Shown: positions 20,731-27,928 of the stretch, in pieces
Position numbering within the stretch: position 1 is the first letter of the stretch
How the letters are laid out: every line of letters begins with the position of its first letter
Assembly (NCBI GenBank): GCA_947627635.1
Contig: CANQWT010000002.1
Location: forward strand, 1 to 58,403
Origin: an uncultured Bacilli bacterium
GTDB taxonomy: Bacteria; Bacillota_I; Bacilli_A; RF39; UBA660
Length of the DNA: 58,403 bases
Direction of reading: 5' to 3'
Position numbers and translations under genes: made by a program
Notes under the pieces: generated by a model
What the model saw: the letters and a program-made list of their open reading frames with translations, nothing else
The model's database searches: none
Told to the model about the DNA's origin: nothing

Positions 20731-21054
20731 TTAAAATAATTCTTCTAAATCATCTGTTTCAACATCTTCATTTTCTTCAATAACATAATCTTCCTGAGTA
20801 TCTTCTTCTTCAGGAACTTCAGCGAATTCAGGATCATTCTCAAACTCACTACTATCAATTTCTGGATCTGTCAACTCAGAAGCTTCATAATCCGCAGAAG
20901 CATCATTTTCAGCCAAAAGATTAACATTATTAGCATTTAGAAATCGAATTGCTGACTTCAAATCATCAGGCATATCATCTGCTATCATAATCTTTCCATC
21001 AGAATCCAAAAATCTACTAAGACGTTGTTTCATATTATCGTCAACTGTAATCAT
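20731..21054 (-). CDS. Small highly acidic hypothetical protein
   Basis: 107 aa; C-terminal half almost entirely D/E; follows the WXG100-like gene after 15 nt. Confidence 0.5.
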   Translation of the reverse strand: MITVDDNMKQRLSRFLDSDGKIMIADDMPDDLKSAIRFLNANNVNLLAENDASADYEASELTDPEIDSSEFENDPEFAEVPEEEDTQEDYVIEENEDVETDDLEELF

Positions 21055-21069
21055 ATCATTATCCTTTTA

Positions 21070-21354
21070 CTATAGAGCTGATCCACCTTGTACGGTATTA
21101 GATAAATGTTCGCTACAATTGTCTAAGTGATCTAATAAGACTTTATTGTGATCATAGAATGCTAATGTATTTGTAATCCATGCATAAGCACGTTCTCCAG
21201 ACCAGAAAGCAACTTCTCCATCACCTTTTTGAAGAGCCTCTAAATCTGTATTTAAAGCTTTCATTGCTCTTTGCACATTTGAAACTTCAGTATCAAGGTT
21301 TTTACATAGATTCTTAGCCTTAGCCTTATTATATCCACCTTTTTTCTTTGCCAT
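21070..21354 (-). CDS. WXG100-family (ESAT-6-like) T7SS substrate candidate
   Basis: 94 aa; predicted helix-turn-helix with central W-S-G (residues 51-53, FWSGERA); strong RBS; near essC. Confidence 0.6.
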   Translation of the reverse strand: MAKKKGGYNKAKAKNLCKNLDTEVSNVQRAMKALNTDLEALQKGDGEVAFWSGERAYAWITNTLAFYDHNKVLLDHLDNCSEHLSNTVQGGSAL

Positions 21355-21372
21355 TATTATTCCTCCTTACTT

Positions 21373-21750
21373 TTATTCATTTGTCATACTATTAACAAGA
21401 TTTTCAAGCTGTGTAATACGTTGATCTAACAATTTAATTGTATAATCTTTAGTATCAGCTTCGAACTTAGATGTTAAAGTATTTAATCTATTACCTGCTG
21501 CAGTAGCTTGACTTTTACTTTTCTTAGCCCAACCTTTAAAGGCATCAGCATAGCTACCTTTTACAATTTTTTGTTGTACTGCTTTAGTCATCAATGTATT
21601 GATATTTGTCAAAGATGTTTTAATTGCAGTAAATTGTTTTGCCATATCTTGTTCGTATCTTGTAGCATTATCTGGGTCTAAATAAAGTTCTCCTTTATTT
21701 ACAGTAGGTTTGATTTTAGTCGTTGCTGTTCCTAGACTATATTTTGCCAT
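21373..21750 (-). CDS. Small helical protein, candidate T7SS substrate or partner
   Basis: 125 aa, all-helical-looking, first gene of the WXG operon, RBS GGAGGAG. Family not recognised. Confidence 0.5.
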   Translation of the reverse strand: MAKYSLGTATTKIKPTVNKGELYLDPDNATRYEQDMAKQFTAIKTSLTNINTLMTKAVQQKIVKGSYADAFKGWAKKSKSQATAAGNRLNTLTSKFEADTKDYTIKLLDQRITQLENLVNSMTNE

Positions 21751-21776
21751 TTTTTTCTCCTCCTATCTTTTTATTC

Positions 21777-21805
21777 ATCATAGCAAATTATTTTATCATT
21801 GGCAA
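21777..21805 (-). promoter_or_regulatory. Sigma-A-type promoter for the 125-aa/WXG100 operon
   Basis: Minus strand: TTGCCA - 17 nt - TATGAT with TGC extension (TGCTATGAT); about 25 nt upstream of the start codon. Confidence 0.55.
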
Positions 21806-21876
21806 GTACCCTTTATGAATATTTGACAAAAAAATGTAAATTTATTAAAAAAAAGAAAAAAAGAGAATATTATGGA

Positions 21877-21905
21877 TTGACAATTTCGACAATCTGTTTT
21901 ATATT
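21877..21905 (+). promoter_or_regulatory. Near-consensus sigma-A promoter of candidate sRNA 1
   Basis: TTGACA (21877-21882) - 17 nt - TATATT (21900-21905). Confidence 0.7.
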
Positions 21906-21909
21906 ATAA

Positions 21910-22114
21910 GTGTATTCTAGCTAAGACTATTTTAGTCCGATGCAGTTAAATATGCTATGCATATTGCAAAAGTGTTTACCACACTAGAATACACTGTAAT
22001 TAGTAGGAGAGAGAAACTCCGATAAGAACAGTTACCAATTCTACTGATAATAGTATTGATAACTTGTTAAACTAGTATTTTTATACTATGAGATTACTTC
22101 GTAATCTCTTTTTT
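21910..22114 (+). ncRNA. Candidate structured sRNA 1 (about 205 nt), unclassified family
   Basis: Consensus promoter just upstream. 11-bp closing helix GTGTATTCTAG (21910-21920) / CTAGAATACAC (21984-21994) encloses two small hairpins. Conserved TAATTAGTAGGAGAGAGAAACTCC (21997-22020), a second long imperfect hairpin, then terminator GAGATTAC-TTC-GTAATCTC + T6 (22090-22114). No ORF with an RBS. Confidence 0.55.
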
Positions 22115-22200
22115 GTGCATTAAATCAATATGATATTTTTCTTGTAAAACTTAATATTGTGTTTCATTAAAAATGATTAAAATATTCTGATAAATTTTAG

Positions 22201-22250
22201 AAACAAAAAAGAGGAGTACTCTACCAAATGACCAATGGTTAGTCTCCTCC
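22201..22250 (-). terminator. Intrinsic terminator of the orphan minus-strand unit downstream of essC
   Basis: GAGGAG...CTCCTC outer stem (22211-22216 / 22244-22249) with inner ACCA/TGGT pairing, followed on the minus strand by TTTTTTGTTT. Confidence 0.5.
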
Positions 22251-22622
22251 AAAAAATGTAACACATTTCATTCTACTCTAAAATGTTAAAAAACACTTTA
22301 ATATATTGTAGAAGAATGTTTCTTTTTTTCACTATTAAATATCCTGATAAAATATCTAATAGCTGGTTTGCAGTAGCTAGAAAAACACTTAGCTAATTCA
22401 ATATTGTGTTCGTCTCTGGTCATTTGACGCTAGCCTGTTTACCCATATAGTTTTCCTTCTATATCCTGTAATTCTAGTATACGTTTGATAAGAATAATCG
22501 TTTTGAATCTAACCCTTAGCTAGATTCAAAACACTTCAAGTAATCATCTTTTTAATCATTAAATTTCAATAAATTAAAACTTAATATCAAATAGATTTTT
22601 ACTATCGCTATCATATACTAAC
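22201..22622 (-). ncRNA. Orphan about-420-nt transcription unit without a convincing ORF; contains a degenerate third copy of the sRNA element
   Basis: Bounded by a consensus promoter (22629-22658) and a terminator (22201-22250). Internal perfect 12-bp hairpin (22500-22511 / 22521-22532). Shares AAGTGT..TCTAGCTAAG and ACTAGAAT strings with sRNA 1. Confidence 0.35.
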
Positions 22623-22628
22623 AACTAC

Positions 22629-22658
22629 ATTATACTGGTATCTTCTTGTTTTTGTCAA
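22629..22658 (-). promoter_or_regulatory. Consensus sigma-A promoter immediately downstream of the essC stop
   Basis: Minus strand: TTGACA (22658-22653) - 18 nt - TATAAT (22634-22629). Confidence 0.65.
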
Positions 22659-22673
22659 TAGCTTTTAAAACTT

Positions 22674-25600
22674 TTATATTTTTTTTACAAATTTGACATA
22701 TTCACTTTGTCCATTCTTTACTAAAACAGCAATATCATTTGTCATTTTAACATTATCATTATAAGCATCTGGAGCATCTAGTATATTTTGTGAATCAAAT
22801 CCTCGACCTATCCATATTCCAGAAGATAAATCCACTAAATTAGAAATGTCACCATTCTTTAATTCATCACACATACTTGCTGTATCATATAAAACAAACT
22901 TAAAACTTTCATTTTTCTTAGCCAAATCAACTAATTCTCCTATATTTATAATCGAAGTTTCTTCGTTGTTTAACTCTCCTATATGTTTACTTAATTCTTC
23001 ATAACCTAATACAATAATCATAAAACGATTTGGACTTTGTCCTTGTTCATTATATTTAATAACATTTTTTTCTAAGACTGGCATAATTTTAGCAAAGCCA
23101 CCATCATAAAATTTGACTTTTTCAGGAATATCCAAATCCATATCTTTTAAAGCATTTAATACAATAATATTTACATTCTCTAAAGATGAACACATCGTAA
23201 TAAAAAAGTTAAAGAAAGGAATGACATCTTTTACTCTTGAAGAAGATATTACTGTGATACTTTTTTCTAGGTTGAAATATCCAGGTTGTGCTGTTTGAAT
23301 ATTGATACCAATTGGTATTTGTTTTAATGTTGTTATATAGTTTTTAATATCACTTAAGCTAACTTCTTGTGGTACAAATGGAACAGGAGGAGCTTTTTTT
23401 ACTAAGAATTTATCTAGTTGTTCAATTACATAACTTAATACTTTAGGTTCCTCTTCCTCACTAGTGATTAAAGGTACTTGAAATTCATAAGGTTCATCAA
23501 TTTGTATAAGACCTCTACCTGGTGTTTTATTTGGAATAGGAGGTTTATCAAAGTACATTGCATAATCTGTAATATCAACCATATTTAACATGATTTTTTG
23601 TGGGAAATTATTCTCAGCCATAAATCCAAGAGATGAAGTTGATGTTGAAGTTACAATAAAGTAAATTCCAAATTTAGAACAATTTCTTGTAAATGGAACG
23701 AATTTCTCATCGTATAAATCTTGATAAACTTCTTTAAATACTTCTATATCATATATAATAACAATGATATTAGCAAATGGACTTTTATGCTGTTTAACAT
23801 CTGTTAGAAAGTCAGAACCATTTTCAGCATAGTACTTTTGCCTTTTACTTTTTTCCGCTTCTAACATATAAAATAAGTAAGTAATCTTATTTCCATCTGC
23901 AATGGTTAAAACATCACCAACCTGTGGAGCTTTTTGAAATTTTCTAAGTTTTTCTGTTCCAAAATCTACAATATAAAACTGAACTTCTTCGGCATTATGG
24001 TTAATAATACTTGAATAAATTAGTGTTGATAATAAAGTTGATTTACCACTACCACTAGCTCCAACTAAATATGCATTTCCTTCTGTCGTAATAGGCAAAT
24101 GAACATAATCTTGTTTTTGATTTTTAGGATCATCATATTCGCCAATTACTGGGTCAATATCATAAAGAGTTGGTAAAACATTATATTTTTTAACAATCGT
24201 ATCATAGTATACATTTTGTGGAAGACTATCCAACCAAAGTTGTTGATAAGTAAAATGCTCTTGATTTGCCACATCAATGATATATTTTAGAATGTTAATA
24301 AGCTCTTCTCCTAAATCTTCTTTTTTCTTTGTAGATTGTCCTTGTTTATTATCAATGCTTTTATAGTTTTCACCGATATTACTTATAAAAGAGATACTGT
24401 TATCAATTTTAGATGTAACTGTTTCTGTTGGTGTATAGGCAATACCAGAATAGCCTGACTGGCCTTCCGTAAAAAATTCATCATAACCTATTTGTAAAAA
24501 GAAACGCCCTGAATCTTTTAAATATGCGGCATCAGGTCTTTGTATCATTTCATTACTATCATCTGTTGTTTGAACTTTACAACAAACTTTAAATCTTGAG
24601 TTCGACCATATTTGTTCATCAACTACACCACTAGGCTTTTGAGTTGCTAAAATCAAATGAATTCCAAGGCTTCGTCCAATACGAGCAGTACTGACTAATT
24701 CATCCATAAAGTCTGGCTGTTGACTTTTTAATTCTGCGAACTCGTCGCAAATAATAAACAAATGGGAAAGAGGTTCTTCCAAAGTACCTTCTCTATGGAG
24801 TTTCTGATATTTATAAATGTCCATATTACCAGTATCTAATTTCTCTTTGGCTTCATTAAAAATTCTTTGTCGTCTTTGTAGTTCACTATTGATGGATACT
24901 AAAGTACGGTTCATTTCAGATTTATCAAGGTTCGTAATTGTACCAACTAAATGTGGAAGTTTCATTCTCGTCTTTCTATTTTCGAAAGCACCGGCTAGAC
25001 CTCCACCTTTATAGTCGATCAATACAAATTGTACTTCATCAGGACTATAATTCACCGCAAGAGATAAAATATAAGTAATGATAAACTCTGATTTACCACT
25101 TCCGGTCATACCTGCAATTAAACCATGAGGTCCATGTTTTGTTTCATGCAAGTCTAAAGAAATAATATTTCCTTTTGAATCTACTCCAATTGGTGCTGCT
25201 AAAGTTGTCGTTACATTAGAATTTTTCCAACGATTTAAAATGTTTAACTGTTCTATTTTTCCTACTCCATACATCTCAAGAAAACCTAGTCTTGTTGGTA
25301 AACTTCCTTGTTGATCTTTTGTAACTTGAATCGGAATATTGTTAATTAGTTTCACATAATAATTAAAGTCAATTGCATCACTTAAAAACTCTGGAGTAAA
25401 GTTATGAATATTTTTTTCTTCCATTTCTGCTTTAAAAATACTTGCTTGTTTCTCATTATAATCTATGAAATTATCACATCCATCTGGAATATCGGTTAGC
25501 TTTTGACCAAACATCATAATTCCAAATCCAATATCATCACTGTTGTCAAGAACATTTTCCACAATTTTTAGATTTCGATACATTTCAATATGATCAGATA

Positions 25601-27257
25601 TAATTAAATAAAAGGGAATTTTTCCTTTTTTACTATTATCATTTGATTTATTGTTGGCACTGCGTTGATTAAATATTCGCACCAAATAGGTTGAAATATT
25701 TTCAGCATCTTGTAAATTTGTGGCAAAAAATCGCATTGATTTATCATTATCCCAACAATGATTTAAATTTTTTAACTTCATTAAATTAGAACTGGTATCA
25801 CTTGTTAAGATGACTAATTTTAAGTTTGCATAATCATGAAAAGTAAGTAGTTGTAATAAAATCGCATTCATATAACTGGTGTAATTTTTAGCATTATTGA
25901 TAAATGCTAAACTTTTTTCTTTATTTAAAGAAATACTAAAAGGAACATCATTGACATATTTAAATTCATCTAACAACTGATCAATATCATCTAATAATTT
26001 ATCTTTTGACTGAACAAAATCAGGTTTATCATAATTGATTTCACAGTCCAAAAGAACTCTACCTTTTCCTAAACGAACACTTAAAAAATCATCTTGTTCA
26101 ATTCCTCTTGAAAATAATGCTGAAGTTCTATTTTGTATAATATCTGCACATTGTTCTAAAGACACATTATTAAATTCAAGTGTCATTTTTTGTTCATTAC
26201 GACTAGCTTCTAAAACTTTTCTTTTCTTCTTTAAATACTTTGTATAAACATGTATTCTTCTTCGTTCTACTACAGTTCTTCTTATTTTAGATGCAAAGCG
26301 TTCTACAAAAGGCCAAAGAATAGATACAATTAGCATAACAACACACATTACAAGTGATGTTACAATAGTCTCTTTATTGCTTTCTCCTTTTTGATAACTC
26401 TGAATAGAATAATAAGCTTGTAAAACAGAAGTTAAACTCATTAGTCCAGAAGGAACAATTTGTAATAGAAGTGATCCTTCATCAGTTCTATCTTTTTCAT
26501 TAGGACTTGTAATAGTCAAATGTAAAGTATTGATTTTCTTTCTAAATATAGGTGATTTGTTAAAATATTCATTTGTCTCATAGAAATCTTTATATACTTC
26601 ATTATGAATTTCTCGGTCTCTTTCTGAAAGATAAGCAATTTCATCTGTAAGCTTATTATTAAAGAAATATGCATTATCTAAAGGAGATTTAATAAATATA
26701 GTTTTTCCACAAACTACAATTTTTAAACCCATGATAAAAAGAGTATCTAAATTTGAAAGACGTGCAGATGTTTTATTTGCTTTATTCACATAAACAGGAA
26801 CTTGAACATTTAAATTCTTATAAGACCAATAACCATTTTGATAAGTTAATTCTACTTGTTTTTCAGCAATACTTGGAAAACTATAAACAATATCGCATCC
26901 TTCTTTACCTACTGTTAAAGTACAAGTATCTTGACTAAGAGTTTTTCCTATATAACCTTTTTCTAAAGCTGGAGAAATATAAAGAAGTAAATTCTCAGTT
27001 TTATAGACATTTAAAGAATAGAAATTATATTCTTTTAATTCAATATTTTCTGCATATTGTCCATTATAGAAGATTTGCATATCCTCATTTGACTTCATAA
27101 ACCACTTTTCGTCATTATAGGCATAAATATTAACAAGACTTCTTTTTATTCCATTAGTGTCATAGTCAAAAAGGACATAGTTACCTGATACTGTTTTAGG
27201 CAATCTAAAAGTAAATATTCGATCGCTATGTATAATATATATCAGCATACTCTTCAC
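22674..27257 (-). CDS. essC: Type VII secretion FtsK/SpoIIIE-family ATPase EssC (YukB-like)
   Basis: 1527 aa; N-terminal FHA-like region, two TM segments, ATPase modules with GMTGSGKSE and GASGSGKST Walker A motifs, and a degenerate third module. Likely true start is ATG 27248 (GGGG SD); 27257 is GTG. Confidence 0.9.
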   Translation of the reverse strand: MKSMLIYIIHSDRIFTFRLPKTVSGNYVLFDYDTNGIKRSLVNIYAYNDEKWFMKSNEDMQIFYNGQYAENIELKEYNFYSLNVYKTENLLLYISPALEKGYIGKTLSQDTCTLTVGKEGCDIVYSFPSIAEKQVELTYQNGYWSYKNLNVQVPVYVNKANKTSARLSNLDTLFIMGLKIVVCGKTIFIKSPLDNAYFFNNKLTDEIAYLSERDREIHNEVYKDFYETNEYFNKSPIFRKKINTLHLTITSPNEKDRTDEGSLLLQIVPSGLMSLTSVLQAYYSIQSYQKGESNKETIVTSLVMCVVMLIVSILWPFVERFASKIRRTVVERRRIHVYTKYLKKKRKVLEASRNEQKMTLEFNNVSLEQCADIIQNRTSALFSRGIEQDDFLSVRLGKGRVLLDCEINYDKPDFVQSKDKLLDDIDQLLDEFKYVNDVPFSISLNKEKSLAFINNAKNYTSYMNAILLQLLTFHDYANLKLVILTSDTSSNLMKLKNLNHCWDNDKSMRFFATNLQDAENISTYLVRIFNQRSANNKSNDNSKKGKIPFYLIISDHIEMYRNLKIVENVLDNSDDIGFGIMMFGQKLTDIPDGCDNFIDYNEKQASIFKAEMEEKNIHNFTPEFLSDAIDFNYYVKLINNIPIQVTKDQQGSLPTRLGFLEMYGVGKIEQLNILNRWKNSNVTTTLAAPIGVDSKGNIISLDLHETKHGPHGLIAGMTGSGKSEFIITYILSLAVNYSPDEVQFVLIDYKGGGLAGAFENRKTRMKLPHLVGTITNLDKSEMNRTLVSINSELQRRQRIFNEAKEKLDTGNMDIYKYQKLHREGTLEEPLSHLFIICDEFAELKSQQPDFMDELVSTARIGRSLGIHLILATQKPSGVVDEQIWSNSRFKVCCKVQTTDDSNEMIQRPDAAYLKDSGRFFLQIGYDEFFTEGQSGYSGIAYTPTETVTSKIDNSISFISNIGENYKSIDNKQGQSTKKKEDLGEELINILKYIIDVANQEHFTYQQLWLDSLPQNVYYDTIVKKYNVLPTLYDIDPVIGEYDDPKNQKQDYVHLPITTEGNAYLVGASGSGKSTLLSTLIYSSIINHNAEEVQFYIVDFGTEKLRKFQKAPQVGDVLTIADGNKITYLFYMLEAEKSKRQKYYAENGSDFLTDVKQHKSPFANIIVIIYDIEVFKEVYQDLYDEKFVPFTRNCSKFGIYFIVTSTSTSSLGFMAENNFPQKIMLNMVDITDYAMYFDKPPIPNKTPGRGLIQIDEPYEFQVPLITSEEEEPKVLSYVIEQLDKFLVKKAPPVPFVPQEVSLSDIKNYITTLKQIPIGINIQTAQPGYFNLEKSITVISSSRVKDVIPFFNFFITMCSSLENVNIIVLNALKDMDLDIPEKVKFYDGGFAKIMPVLEKNVIKYNEQGQSPNRFMIIVLGYEELSKHIGELNNEETSIINIGELVDLAKKNESFKFVLYDTASMCDELKNGDISNLVDLSSGIWIGRGFDSQNILDAPDAYNDNVKMTNDIAVLVKNGQSEYVKFVKKI

Positions 27258-27279
27258 CCCAGATTATCTATTCTCTTAT

Positions 27280-27308
27280 ATCATAGCATTTTTACCTTTA
27301 AAAAGAAA
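27280..27308 (-). promoter_or_regulatory. Possible extended -10 promoter for essC
   Basis: TGCTATGAT on the minus strand (27288-27280), the same 9-mer as the WXG operon promoter; poor -35 (TTTCTT). Confidence 0.35.
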
Positions 27309-27374
27309 GAAGAACTTAACAAAATACAGGAGAAATTTCAAAAAAAAGATACTGTCTACTTTAGTAAAGTTTTA

Positions 27375-27403
27375 TTGACATAGTGGAATAAATTCCCTAT
27401 ACT
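27375..27403 (+). promoter_or_regulatory. Near-consensus sigma-A promoter of candidate sRNA 2
   Basis: TTGACA (27375-27380) - 17 nt - TATACT (27398-27403). Confidence 0.7.
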
Positions 27404-27407
27404 TTAA

Positions 27408-27579
27408 GTGTATCCTAGGTAAGGCATTTTAGCTATTTATACCTTTATGGTGTGCCCTAGGATATATAATTAGTAGGAGAGGAATCTCCAAAATAGGGCG
27501 ACTAGTTAATTTTATCTCGATAGAGTTAGCTAGTTGTTGAAAAGACAAAAAAAGAGATACACAAGTCTCTTTTTATTTT
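27408..27579 (+). ncRNA. Candidate structured sRNA 2 (about 170 nt), paralog of sRNA 1
   Basis: Starts GTGTATCCTAGG. Closing helix TATCCTAGG (27411-27419) / CCTAGGATA (27456-27464) shows a compensatory T:A to C:G change relative to sRNA 1. Has the identical 15-mer TAATTAGTAGGAGAG (27467-27481) then GAATCTCC. Second imperfect hairpin, then a weak terminator AGAGA...TCTCT + T-run shared with convergent veg. Confidence 0.5.
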
Positions 27580-27806
27580 CCAATTATTTCCAAACTTTCC
27601 GTTAAAATATCACTGTAAGAAAAAGATTTTAAGGGTGCTAGAGAAGAACTAGGTTGTATGACAAATATTTTAGAATAAGTTTCTATAATTTTTCCTTCAA
27701 ATTCTTCGATTTGATTTCTCGCACCATTATATTTAAAAGACAATTTCTTTCCTGTCTGAAGTTTTATAGTTTCCCTTACTTTATCAATATTCAAAAATTG
27801 CATCAC
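27573..27806 (-). CDS. veg: Veg protein (biofilm/sporulation-associated small protein)
   Basis: 77 aa; aligns with B. subtilis Veg (..G.KL..K.NGGR...E..G.I.ETY.SVFVIQ...SYSY.DILTE.VE). Confidence 0.85.
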   Translation of the reverse strand: MMQFLNIDKVRETIKLQTGKKLSFKYNGARNQIEEFEGKIIETYSKIFVIQPSSSLAPLKSFSYSDILTESLEIIGK

Positions 27807-27928
27807 TCCTTTTTAGTTAATCAATTCAGTTTATGCCAATGAGCATTGATTTAGAAGAAAAGATTTTGTTAAAAAATACCAATAAATTTTTATTTGTTTT
27901 CTAATAAAATATATTTAGAGGTGAAAAT

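Noticed and set aside
21941-21988. Tiny ORFs inside sRNA 1 (MQLNMLCILQKCLPH) and sRNA 2 (MVCPRIYN at about 27449)
   Set aside because: They have no RBS, are not conserved between the two copies, and lie within the predicted helices.
22298-22423. 41-codon minus-strand ORF (MTRDEHNIELAKCF...) inside the orphan transcription unit
   Set aside because: No Shine-Dalgarno sequence precedes the ATG, and there is no hydrophobic or otherwise recognisable character. It is mentioned only as a test target in the finding.
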